Assembly (NCBI GenBank): GCA_003971905.1
Contig: RSEE01000086.1
Location: 124,001 to 188,000, forward strand
Origin: Moniliella sp. 'wahieum'
Lineage: Eukaryota
Direction of reading: 5' to 3'
Length of the DNA: 64,000 bases
The position numbers and the translations under genes were made by a program. Of the stretch, positions 23,001 through 35,613 are shown piece after piece. Each line of letters starts with the position of its first letter. The first letter of the stretch is position 1. The notes beneath the pieces were generated by a model. That model worked only from the letters and a program-made list of their open reading frames with translations, was not told where the DNA came from and ran no database searches.

Positions 23001-26000
23001 CGTCCTGGGCTAGCCATGTATTGAGGTCACGCAGATGCGCGACATCTCCCCCAGCTGTTCCTGCTGCTTGTTGAAGAGCTCCTCGTAGCTGCTCTTTTGC
23101 GTCCTCTTGCGCGTCAAGCTCACGAGCCTGCTGTGCCTTGAAGAGCTTCAAGGCTTCTTGCTGCTCCGCCATTTGTTTCTTGAGCAACGCAATTTCTGAT
23201 GAGACGCATCCGTTTCATCCGTCAGAGAGGGGGACGTGGCAGGAGACTCGGATCTGGAATCTTGATCCTTCTCCTTCTCCTGGGCCTCATCCTCCTCGCT
23301 CTCGCCATCTCTTCTTCGGTCTCCTCGCCTTCGTCTTCAATCGCGTCACCCTCTTGTTCATCCCACGGTGCTCATCCGTGCTCTGTCAATGTCCTCGCCG
23401 AGGAAAGGGGGGCATCGCGCGTGGCCAACTTGATGGAGCGGACGGCAGGCTTGGCCGACGACACCATTGCCTCCGTCGAATCAACCGGAGGGGTATATAG
23501 ACGCTTGCGCTCTTGGCGCTCTTGGCGCTCTTGCACTCTTTCCTGATTTCGCCGACGGCACGTCTGATATATTCTTTGACGGAGCTTTGGACGAACCTGG
23601 GAAACAGATGTTAGGCATGGCTTTAGTGGAGCTTTGAACGTACCTTTGATGCTTTAGATGGCGCATTAGAGGATGCCATAACTTGGAAGAAACTTTGGAC
23701 GGAGGTTTGGAAGAGGCCTTAGAATGGCTTTAGATTGTGCCTTCGACGGAGCCTTGGAGGGGCCATGGAAGAAGATTCCGCAACTTCAGACGGAGCTTTC
23801 CGAGCAACCTTTGATGCCCCCTGGAGGATACCTTTGAGGGGGTGTTGGATACATCTTTGGACAAGGCTGTCGATGGCGCCGTGGAGGCCACGTCTGATGG
23901 CGCCGAAAAGATTCCCCGCGACCGAGCCGAAGAGGGAGCCGTAGAGGCTTTTGATACGTGGGATCCTTCATGAACCGATCCTGGAGGAAGGGAACGGGAT
24001 TCAGGTTCGTGTCCTCCCTCTTCCTCCGATTCTTCTTCGGGCTCCTCTTCTTCCGATTCTCCTTCGGGCTCCTCTTCTTCCGATTCTCTTTCGGGCTCCT
24101 CTTCCTCGAGAACAGATTGATCGGGCTCCTTTTCCTGAGAATCATCTTGCTCCTCATTCGGGCCCCCTCTTTCGTGTTCGGCGGATTTGTCCGCATCGGG
24201 CGCCGTTTCCGCCTCCTCTTCCACAGGGTGGGTCTGCACCAAACGTAGTGCGGACATGGGCCGGGTCGCATGTCGAGCCTCCGACCCTACCTCACTCGGC
24301 ACACCGTAATCGTCTGAGCCGACACTGCTCGGAGGCCCACTAGCGTCCTCGGGGATTGTAGAGAGGCTGTACGGACGAGCAGCGCTAGTCCTTCCCACCT
24401 CCGAGGTCTTCCTCGGCACCGGTGGGGGTTCATCAGGCACCGTTCCCCACTCGGTCCCCGAGGCCGAGGCAGGGGAGGGAGGAGCCGTTCCATACACGCT
24501 GGGATCGTGGGCATGACTTGTCCGTCCTGGAGACCCGAGCTTGCTTCCAGCGATGCTCCGGCTACCCGCTCGGGAACCGGCTTTGCTTGGCCTGCTGAGG
24601 TGGCTCGGAGCGGTTGAGCCAGCCCGGTTGCTGTGTAGGCTGGGTCGGAGCGATCGCTGCGAATGGTGGCCCGCTCCGTCCCCTTCTTCCTCTGCCTCGT
24701 CTTCATTGTCCGCATACAACGTGTGCGCACCCACATCCTCCTCCTTTGGATGATCTCCGTGGCTGGCATGCTCCGACGTTCCCCGCGCTCCCTGCGAGGG
24801 CGTTCCGTAGACTGATCCCTCCGTATGGCTCATGGGAGGGTCGTAGAGCATCACGCCTCGCTTCGGAGCATACGGGTCGGAGCCCGTCGGACCCAGCTCA
24901 TCCTCCTTCGGCTCCTCCTCCTCCTCCAGCGGTGAGTCGAGCCCCGGCAAGCGCACATGGTGTCCAGGCGTCGACGATCCAAAAAAGTGATGCTTTCTTT
25001 CGGGATCCAAATCGTCCGCATGGACAAACCCACCGTGCCCAGACAGATCCCGGAGGGTACCAAAACTTTTTTCTTGGGAAGACGGTCGAGGAGCCTCTGC
25101 CTTCTGCTCGGTGGTATGCGAGGGAGACCTGCCAGAGGCTCGAGAAGAGTGAGCAGCCGAAGGTGTGCTCCGGCTGAGATGCAGGCATGCCAATGTCACG
25201 CGTCTCGCCTTGATGTCCCTCTTGGGTAGGTGGCAGCGACTTGGTTGCACTTCCATCTTTCCCGCCTACCTCGCTGGGAGTAACACCCTGGAAATCGTTC
25301 GCCATGGGATAGTTACCTCCCGGAGGCGGAGTCGCAGTCAAACTCTCCCTTGTTCCTTGATTCTGGCCAGATGGAGAGGGAGGTGTGGCGGACGGTCTCT
25401 GCGGATCGGGGCCAGGATGCTGCTCCAGCTCTTCGATGGGAGCAAATGGATTGTGTCCAGGCGGCGTCGGGTGGCCGGAGGCTTCGGTCCTTGGGTGCTC
25501 TGGCATTTGGAGGAAGGCGTGGTTCGGGCGTGGGAGGGTGTGGCATCTGCGTGAGTCATGGGCCGTGCCGTAGTCGGTCGCAGCTACCGTACCACCGCCT
25601 AGCCTGGGAGTGTGGGAGTACGTGCCAGGGCGAGTGGAGGGGGCACGGTGAGATGGACGAACCGAGCCCGGCCGAGGCGGACGCTCGGTGCTGAACGCCT
25701 CGCTTCCCGGCGGAGGAGGGCCGCTGGGGGCCGTGTAGTGACTCGGATGGGGGATCGACTGGCTCGTAGGCTGGAATCCCGGTCCTGCGCGCGCATGATC
25801 GAACGGGGGATAGGACTGCTCCATTGGCTGGACAGGGGGCATCGTTCCAGTCGTGGGGGGATAGGGATCATGGTACGGCTCTTGCATCCCGTGGAACGGG
25901 GGGGTTGGGTCAGCAAGTTCCGTCGGGGGGTTGATGCTCGGCGGGGCGGGGGGATGGAGGGCTCCCTGCGAGCCGAGGGCCCGGGCGCGATCCGGAAAAA

Positions 26001-29000
26001 GGGACGGTGCGGTGGGTCCTGGGCAGGCGGAGGCGGGTCACCGTACATGCTCCCCATCACTTGGGGCTCCGGCATGGGCATGAGCTCATCGTGGGTGTGG
26101 TGGGTATGGGATGACTCCTCGTCGACCACAGAAGGCACGCCCGAGGGCCGCGTCATTCAGCTATGCGGAGACGGCCGCATCTCGCTCGTTGGCAGGACGG
26201 AGGCCGCGCGTTGGTCGCCCATGGCATAGGAGGGCATCCGCGGTGCAGGAGGGCCCGAAACCATGGTGGGCGGCCGCGTGTGGGGCGCAGGCAGGGGCGG
26301 CCCAGCAACCATGGTGGGTGGCCGGGTGGATGCCATGGCCGGCGGCCGCTCCTCCATGTGGGAGTACGCCGCCGTCGGCGGGCGCGTGGAGGCAGCGACG
26401 GTGGGCGCGGCGGGTACCCCGTTCCGGCCATCGAAGCAGGCGGATGAGCCATCGACCCCGTCACCGTCGGCGGCACAATCGAGCCGGGGCGGATGGAAGG
26501 GGTGGCGAAGTCCTGCGCGACGACCCGGCTGGCCGGTGGGCCGCTCACCTGGGTGCCTGGTCCAAATGCCCGTGGCTCCGAAGCTGGGTCGGCCATCGAC
26601 CCTCCTGTGCTTGCAGCCGCGCTCGCCGCCTCGCCCGGATCTCGGCCTCCATGTCGATCGAGGGGATGCTCTCGCTGTCGGCCATGTATGCAGTGCGGGG
26701 CGCGTCCCTGTCGTACAAGTCGGGATGGGGGAAGCCTTCGTCGTCACCCACAAACGAGTGGTACTGGGGCTCGGGCATGGGCATCAACTCCTCCGCCTGC
26801 TCATGGAGGTGTGGGAGAGGCGGCTGGGTCATGGGCAGTGCAGAGTGGTGCGGCGCATCGCCCATCGCCATCATGGGCTCAGCCCGGGTTGAAGTCCTCC
26901 CAGTCGTTGGCAACTGCGGGTGGGTCTGCGTCGGGGTAAGGGCCGTCGGGACCTGGGCGGCCCCCTCATCTGCCGAAAGCTGCCTCGGAGCCAGCGTCGG
27001 CGCCTGGGTCGGCACCTGCGATGGACCACCATGGGCACCGGTGCGATGCGCGGCACGGCCTCCTGCGAATGGTGGATGACCTCGGCGCCCATGCCGGGCT
27101 CTGGGTCGGAGAACGAGTGGCGGAAGCGGGAGCCCACCTGGCTAGCACTGTCCGACGGCAACAAGTCGGTCGAGGCAGTACTGTGCGCATACTCTCGTTC
27201 GCGCAACGAGAGCCGGCATGCGGGAGTCGTGACCGGTCCATGCCGAAGGCGCATGAGCATGAGGGGCATCTCCCATCGTCCTCTCGTCGGCTGGCGCATG
27301 GGGGAACTGAATATGGGGAAGGTGTACGTGGGGAAGGTGGTGCTCCCGAGGCTCCTGAGCGTCAGCCATGTCCACGCGGGTGGCGGGACGGGGTACGAGG
27401 GCACTGGCACCGGCCCATACTGCTGCCTATGTTCGGGAAGAACAGTCGGCCTTGGCTCGGCCGCCCATAATCCGTCGCCACCACCGTGTTGGCCCGATGA
27501 GGATCGGCGAGATGGAGAGGTGCGCGTCCGGGACCATGCTCCGTCGGTTTCCCTCGTCCCCGAGCGCCCAAGACGAGCGAGGACGGGGCACGGCTGTGTC
27601 TTGCCCATCCCACGATCGGCGTGGCCTTTCGCCCCTTCCTCGCCGTCCCCCCACGGTGTGGCGGCGGCGAGGGCGGGATGCGCGTGTACAGCGTCGATTC
27701 GGGCTGAAGAGGGAGCTCAGGCTGTGCGTCAGGCAAGTCGTGAAGCGTCACTGGCCGAGGCTGGTCCATAAGCACCGACCGTCGCAAGCCCGCCATATTT
27801 TGCAACGCCGTCATGTCTGTTGCGGGCACCGTGCTGTGGGGTGCCGGGTCGACGGGCGCCATTTCGACGGGCGGCGGGCGAAGGTGGGCAGGAACTGACT
27901 CGTGGGATGCGGAGGCGCGTCTGCCAGCTCCAACATGCGGGGTACAGGCGAGGCAGTGTGGGGAGTGGGCGGCAACGTGCAGCCAAGCGCGATTCGGTCG
28001 GCCCCGCCGTCTCGAATGCGTTCTCAGCCACCGGTTCCAACTCGGACTCTGCCTCCCTGGTCCGACGCCGCGCCGCGTCCGCTTCCCAGTGGGGCATGCC
28101 CGAACCCATTGGGGAGAGCTGCAAACTGTGCCGCTGCACCGTAGGGAGGGAAGTGACCCTGGGCACCGCGTGAGCGGAGGGTGCGTCCGGCATGTCCTGC
28201 ACCGTGGGTGCACTGGACGGAAGGAACTCCCATGTCGGAAAGGGCAAGAGACAATGTGTTGGATCGGCCAACTTGTCCTGTTCCATATCTGGGTACTGGT
28301 CCGGTTCGGGTGATGGCCTGGCCGAGCGGAGGTTGATGGAATGGACCATGCTTTCCCTCTGAATGCGCCTTGCTCCCACTACTGTCGACGGGCAGCATAC
28401 AACACCGAAGCATCTCGGAGCGAGCCAACTGCCGACGGGGCCGAGGGCGGCGAACGCGCCTTGGGGGTCCTCTCTAGTGATGGCGACGTCTGGGGCGACC
28501 GTGGACGTGGTGTGCGAGAGCGGGACGAGGGAGAGGACGAACGCATCCTGACCATACCGATATCGGGGATATCAGACAATCAAAGATTGTGGTAGGTGCA
28601 TTGGATCGCGTCTCGGGGGTCCCTGCTCCGACGGCGCCCCTTCGGTCGATGGCGGACCCGACGTCGAGGGAGCGCCTTGGACAGAATGGACTGCCACATG
28701 GGAAACGGCAGGCGAGAACAGAGCCGAGTCGACCTGGGTGTAGCCCCTGTACGAGCGGAGAGGTTGATCGAGTGAACCAAGCTTCGCCTCTCAGCAGGGT
28801 CTGTTCTCTCTACTGCCGAAGGAGCGGCATACAACACCGAGGCATCCCGGATCGAGCCAACGGCCGACGGGGGCACTTTTTCAAGTGACGGCGATGTTTG
28901 AGGGGACGGTGCGGACCGCATCCTGACCGTGGCGATATCTGGGACATCGTCCATGCCAAAGGTGGAAGCGGCCGCATCGGACCGTGTCCTGGGAGGGGTG

Positions 29001-32000
29001 GCATACTCATCCGTCACCGTCGAGGGCGGGCGCTTCAGTGCACTTCCTGGTGCCGAGAGGGTAGAAGGGTCAATGGGGCCCGGCGTGGGCTCGCTCTCTG
29101 TCCGTGCACTGGTCTGCGTCTCAGGCACATCCTGCAGCGTCGGGTTGAACCGCCTGGTGCCTTCCCTCGTCAGACCCGGTAGGACCGAGGCCGGCTGACT
29201 CCCACCGTAGGAAGGAGGGGGCCCACACCATACTTGCCGAGTCGCTGGCCAGAACAGTGGGCGCACCCACAACCGTACCATTGTCCAGGGTACTGGGCTC
29301 GCGCTGGAGAAGCGAAGCACCGGAAAAGGAAGGGTCGCCCATACCAGTGGGCAAACTAGGTGCACCCATATCCGAGGGCATTGTCGCATTCGTCGCGGGA
29401 GGCAGCCACGCTCAGTCTCGGCACGAGGAGATGGGTACCTCCAAAGGAAGACTGGGCTTCTCCGACAGGTCAACGGGGGGACGCTCTTCTCTCGTTGGGT
29501 CCATACCGAGGGTGGAAAGACCCAATGCTGAGGAGGGGCCTGCGACGAGGGTGGGAGCATACGAACCCTCCCCAGGAGCAGATCTTTGTTCCATCGGAGG
29601 AGCAACGAGGTTGGGAGGGGGCCCCCTATCGATCCCGAGGGTAGACATGCCCAACGCTGAGGAAGGCGCCGCCGTCAAAGTCGGGACATGTGTACCTCCT
29701 GTCGTTGTCGTGGCAGGATTGGCAGTATGACGGGACGCGGATCGGGGCCGCCATCAATCCCAAGGGTGGACATTCCCGATGCCGAGGTGCTGCAGCGTAG
29801 CTTGCGGTAGGCGCATGGGACTCATTCAGGGTCTCCCTGACTTGCGTCGCTCCTCCCCTCTGCTCATCTCCAACTGGTGCGGATGCGGTATCGGGAGCAA
29901 TACTTGGCATGCCCAGGTCCGACGGGGGTGCCAGGACGGTAGGAGGTCCGTGGCGCGAAAGGCGCTGGGTCTCGGAGCGAGGCACGGTAGGGTGCGAGCC
30001 GGGAAGCGTGTGGCGCTGCGAGATTCCCCGAGCAGAGGGAACTGTGGCCTGGGAGCGGCGCGCCCAGTCGGCAGCACCAACCGGGTAAGAGCTGGGACCC
30101 CATCTCAGAGTCCACCTCGGAACCGATGCGAGGCGTATCGGGAGCGCGGGAGGATCTGGTATGGCCCCGGGCTATTTGGTGCAGCCTGGCTCACGCGAGG
30201 GGAGGGGGAGGCGGTGAGAGCATGCGTCCCTCCCTGTATGCAGTAGCGGGGTCAGCCCGCCCACAGGGGCTGATTGCCGTGAAGTCCGGCAATGGTGTGT
30301 CGACGAACATGGTCCCTGCGTAGAATGTTAGTGTGAGTGACGCCGGATAGGAATCGGGGACATACTCAAGGTCAATGGTAAAATCAAGTCGCTCGCGAGC
30401 CGAGAAAAAGGAGATGAACAAATCTCCCGGTTCGTTCATGTGGATTTCGAGAGGGTACCGCCGCTTGCCCTGGGCGGGCGGGAGCACATTCACTATCTTC
30501 CCCGGTCGCACCTTGGCAATATCAGCAAGGACAAAGACAAGATGGTCGGGATCAGGGTAGGGAGGCGCGCGATGGCTTAGGACGAGCAAATGTTCAAACA
30601 AGTGTGCGTTGGCAGCTGTCCAGCCGCGCTCCACTCGCCCCGTCTCGGCCCCGACCGAGCCAGGTCGAGGGGGTCAAAGTCGTATAGCTCGATAGGGCAA
30701 ACACGGATAAGCGCCCGTTTCCTCACCTGGTCCGAGGATCGATTCGAGTCCTGTGGTCGAGGCAGCTGCGCCAGAAGCAACACTCGCTTGCTCTGCTAGC
30801 GTCGATACGCTTCGGGCAGAGAGGGAGCTGGCATTTGACCCGAGCCGGTAAAGGGACTGGGTATCGCGTCCCCTTTGAGGTGGAACCTGATCCCGCGACT
30901 GGAGGCGTAGTGACTCAAATGCTCGGCGCCGCTCCTGCACCGACGCTGGTGGACGACGGAGGCGGCGGGGGCAGGTCGCGCTCGCGATTGTCCCTCGAGG
31001 CCGGTACAGATGGGAGGTGGGACTGTGGGAAGTTATCGGGAGGGGATAGCAAACAAGGTCAGATCCTCTCTATGGCACGAGTAAGAACGCAGAGGAAAGG
31101 GTTCCGAGACGTACCGAGCTAGAGACGTTACTTGGAATGTGGCCAGGGTTGGAGGTCGGGGTATGTGCGAGGAGCAATGCTGGGTCTGTGTTGTCTGCGG
31201 GCCACCGTTCCCCCGGGCTGGTCTGCACCGACTGACTGGAACCCACAGAAGACTCTTGCTCAATAGCTGGGGCGAACCTGCGGGAGGCGGGGCGTGATGC
31301 GCGTCGAGGGACGGGGCGGGGCTGACAGACGGTGCCACAGGTGCTCGTTCAGGCGCATCGAGTAATGGTGTAGTGCGGCTACCGGGGTGGTGACGACGTA
31401 GGCGGGCCCCTCCTCAGGGGGCCATGCTCGGCGGAAAGATGCTGTGCACCACAGATGGGGTAGACGTGCCTTCGTCCGACGGCGGAAGCGGCACCCGGGT
31501 AGGAGAGCCCGAGGGCGGCCTCACGTCTCGCGTATGAGAGGAGGAGGACGCGCGCGATCCGTCGTGGGCCGCGAAGGGGAAGTCTGAGGCGACGGTGCCT
31601 CGAGCATGTGAGCAGGCGCGATCTGCCGTGGAGTTCCCAAGGCGTGCCGGGTGGAGACGGCGGGTGGGGAAGCATACCAGGTCGGGTAGGAGATGAGGGA
31701 CGCGAGGTCCCGCTCTCGATAGATGGGGCATGACGAACGGGCGACCCACGACGGAGAGGCGACGCACGCCGTAAGGGCGATGGGGTACGGGCGGGTGCTG
31801 GTGCCTCCCGCGGTTCGGGTGTAGACAAGCGCGGGGGCGTGGCAGCCGCGCGTTCGGGCTCCCTGGGCCGGTGTGCGAGGGGAATGTGCAGGGGAAGGAG
31901 AGGCGTGCGAGATGGAGGGCGCATCCGACCCTGGGGCCGGCGCGATCTGGCGCGGGGTGCCGAGCGGGGTGCGGCGGGGAGGAGAGACGTGCTGTCCGCG

Positions 32001-32330
32001 GGTGAGAGCGTGGGCGCGGGGCGACGCTTGGGGTGGGCAGAGGAGGAGGCGTATCGGAAGGAGGCCTGGGACGAGCTCGGGCTGGAGGCGGGTTGCTGGC
32101 GCTCGCGAAGCAGAAAGGGGCTGGCCAGGATGGCGGGGGCGGCGGTGCGCGCGGGGGCAGGCGCGGGCAGGCGCGGGAGCAGGCGCGGGCGCCGACGCGG
32201 GCGACGCGGCGGGCGAGGGGGCAGCGGAGCGGCGCTTGAAGCGGGCGGCGGGGATGGAGGCGGCGGGCGCGGCGGAGGGGCTGCTGCCGGGCGACGGCGA
32301 CGCAGCCGGCGTGCCGTGCGGGTCGGCCAT
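20056..32330 (-). CDS. Giant Pro/Ser/Glu-rich low-complexity protein (roughly 3,800-4,000 aa if one gene) with PH-like module and C-terminal coiled coil
   Basis: Continuous chain of overlapping minus-strand ORFs with no intergenic-looking gap; minus-strand GT..AG introns near 31113, 30365, 21817, 20690 and 20558; folded-looking segment at 30365-30730; C-terminal MFEEVGRIRESKRSLEHEMA..LKAKY. Confidence 0.65.
24018..24107 (-). repeat. 27-bp coding tandem repeat, ~3.3 copies (EEEEPExES)
   Basis: ctcctcttcttccgattc(t)..ttcggg repeated; translation EEEEPERES EEEEPEGES EEEEPEEES EEE. Confidence 0.85.
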
Positions 32331-32740
32331 GGATGGATGCGATGGGGGTGGGGTGGTGTGGTGTGGGTCTGCGCATAACCTGTGCGTCTCTGCTGGGCCG
32401 ACGCGCTGCCTCGGCCATCACGTGCCACACGCGCCCAAACATGCGACACCCGCGCGGCGCGGCGCAGCAGCCCAGCGGCGTAGATCAAACATCATCACAT
32501 GTCACATGCATCACACACACGCGCGCTTACGCACTCCCCGCCCCGCGCAACGTTTCAATTCCAGCGTGGAACTGTCGGCCCCACCTGCCTCGTTCCGCCC
32601 CCTTCCGCCCCGCCCCCCGCGCAGCCAGCCGACTGGCCACTTGTGCCGCAACTGCATGACTACACAGGAAAAGTCACTCACTGGTTGATCCCGTCGGATC
32701 GGAGACACACGACCGGGGGAGCAGGCCGTCTATCGCTGGC

Positions 32741-35613
32741 CTATACACGCCCTCTGTATGTTTCGTCCCTGTGCGATCCACCGTTCGCATCCTGCTCATC
32801 GTCATCGTTCATTCCGCCCCGGTCGCCTCCTCACCATCGCCTTTTCCCGCTCCTACATCCAGCCTGGCACATCGCAGTGTGGGCGAAGACGCCTGCGGGC
32901 ACACCAAGCTCAAGCGGATCAATCCACCGGACCACCCCGCCTCCGCCTCCGCCCACCCGACACGACCGGCCCAAACGCAGCGGCCTCCGCAGCAAGCGCC
33001 GCCAGCTCCTCCTCCATCGACTCGGGCGCCGCCTCGGCCGCCGGCAGCGCCGCACACGCACGCAGCGTAATCTCTGCCCGCTGCCGTGCCTCGGGCGACT
33101 GGCTTGCATCCTGTAGCACCGCCTGCGCCCTCGCCACTTCCTCCGCACGCAGCCGTGCCTGCTCGGCCTCCCGCTCGTCTCTTCCGACCGTAAGATGGAC
33201 AGCGCATGCGCTGCGCGCTCCCGCTGCGCTGCCCTGCCGGCCACCATGGGTCCGGGCACAGAAAGGGCACGAATCTCGTCCTGGAGCTGGCGCGCCTCTT
33301 CCTCTGCTCGGGCAAGCGCATTGGCGTGCTGCACCGCCACTGGATCTCCGCCCGCGCCGCGGCGCAGCTGCGCATGCAAAAGTTCCACCTCTTGCCGCAC
33401 TGCCTCTTTGCTTGCTTCTTGCTTGAGCGAGTTCCTCTTGGAGCTGTTCCAACGTCTCATGCCCTTCCTCTACTCTGTTCTCTGCCTGCTCCACCGCTCT
33501 GGATCGTATGCCCGTCTCGCGCTTGACCGCATTCAGGCGCTTGACGGCCTTGTTATGTGCGCGGACCTCTTGGTTGTGCTGCGCCAACAGTTGGTCAAAC
33601 TGCGGCACATTCACGTCCACCTGCGCCCGCTCCCGTGTAGGCTCAAGCAGGTACCCATCCCGATCGTACCAGGGGAAAGATGGGTATCGTTGAGAAGCAG
33701 GTTCGATACCGCCCCATCTGCTTGCATCAGATGAAAGATGCCTGTCTTGACGTTGTGCAGGAGCAACACGCGGGACTTGCCTCGGGACTCAACCGCCCCC
33801 AAATCAAAGATCCAATCCTCCTTCTCCTGTAGCTGAGGCGCAAACGAACCCTGCAGTGCGCTGACCAGCCCAGACTTGAGGAACGGCGGGATGGCCTCCG
33901 CCGTAGCCACCTTGGCTATAACGAAAGCCCATGTCACTTTGGATTGGGGACCTGCCAGATCCCGCAGGATAGGGCGAGCCGACTGCTTTGGTGCGACCGA
34001 CGCTGGAGTAGAAGAGGCCGTGGGTGGCGAAACGGCAGTCGCAACGCCCCCATGAGCCGCGACAGAGCGTCGCCCTCCTCCACCCCTTCTTCCAGCAGAA
34101 CAGGATCCAGTTGCGGTGGGCGCAACGTTTCTTCCCCCGTCGTAGGTGGAAGTACCCAGAACCCTACCCGCGGTGCAGAATCCCCTTGTTCGGGGCAATC
34201 CTCGCCTTGGATCGGCGCGTCCTTGGGTAGGGCCGGTGGGAACGAATCGGGAATGCGAGTGATGCGACCCGAAAGAAGAAAGAGATCTTTCCACTCGAGC
34301 TGCGCAGCACGAACTTGGTCCGCCTTGCTCGGTGGGCCATTGGGACGGAAAAAAGGACAGTGGTGGGACGTTCATCGCCTCGTTCGATGTCCCTTCCTGG
34401 TAAGGGGACTCATTCGGGATCGTGATGAAGGATGGGGCGGGTGGAGTTGAAGTGGGCAACAGCTTGTCCTTATTCTGGGAAGACACGCGGCGGCGGATGC
34501 GGAGGAGCTGGATGTGGCGCGCGTTGCTGGTCGCTTCAGCATGTCCTGACTTCGGCGCTGGGGCTTGTCCTGGCCCGGGGTTGACTGGGAAGAGAGGGAA
34601 GCAGATGCGCGGCTGCGGGTGGACGGGTACGGGGCTTGAACTGGCGAGTGCTGCTGAGGGCTGCCTTGTGCCCTCAACTGCAGTGGGGAAGAGTTCAAGG
34701 TCGAATGGGACTGAGAGGTTGACGCCTGCGCTGGCCTGGGGACGAATCCATGCGGAGGGAAGGGCGAAGAGGCAGACGGCAAAGGCCGAGACGCAGGAAG
34801 TGGGTGAGTCGTGCTGGAGGTCTCCGCCCCACGGCCTCCACCCAACATCCCTCGGGAAAGGCGGTCTTGCTTGGAACGTTCTGCCTGCTCGGCCGCCTTG
34901 CGAAAGAGATAGCTGAGAGCAGAGATGGGCTGGGTGCGGGGCACGGCATGGGGCTCATAAAGCGCTGCAGGGGGAGGAGCAGGATGGGCGCCCTGCTGAC
35001 TCATTCCATGGGAAATAGTAGGGCCGCGCGAGGCCAAATGTGGCTCCTTCCGAGATCCACCCGGATCCACCCGTTTTCTCTTGCCCTTCGATGCGAGTCA
35101 GTCACGGTCCAGGAGGAAGCAGAGACGAAAAAAAAAAACATACAGAAACCGGTGCGGCGGACGGCACCACGGACAGCGGCGGCGGGCCGAGGATTGCGGC
35201 GTGGCGATGGCCGTGGACGGGGGGCAAAGGAATGGGAAGACGAGGGCAGGGGAAAGACGGGGGGAGTGGGCCCCAGAGGATGGGTGGGGACGGTGGGGGC
35301 GCGTGGGGGGAGGTAGGAGATGGGCCAGGGGGGGGCGGGGAGTGGGTGGGGGGGGGGGGGGGGGTTGGGAATGGGAATTGGGATAGGAATTGGGTCTGGG
35401 ATGGAACGTGGAATGGGTATGGGGCTGGAGCTGGGGCTGGGGGTAGAGAGTAGGGTTGGGGGTGCTGAGGTGGTTACCCAAAGGCGGAGCGCCAGCCGGG
35501 ATCGAGGGCCGGGCAGTAGGGTTGCTCAGCGGCCGCCAGCTGGAGCGATCGGAGGAGGCCGCGTGCGCTGGCGATGAATGCGCCAGGCTGCTGCTGGGCG
35601 GGTTGGGGCGCAT
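32741..35613 (-). CDS. Hypothetical protein: Pro-rich N-terminus, small globular region, long coiled coil; start uncertain
   Basis: Overlapping minus ORFs; intron GTATGT (35143) with CTGAC branch point; ordered segment KVTWAFVIAKV..WIFDLGAVE..LLLHNVKTGIFHL; heptad-rich E/Q/A/R region at 33060-33620. Confidence 0.55.

Noticed and set aside
35290..35470. G-rich hexamer runs, telomere-like
   Set aside because: Not TTAGGG arrays; they encode Pro/His/Gln-rich protein on the minus strand.
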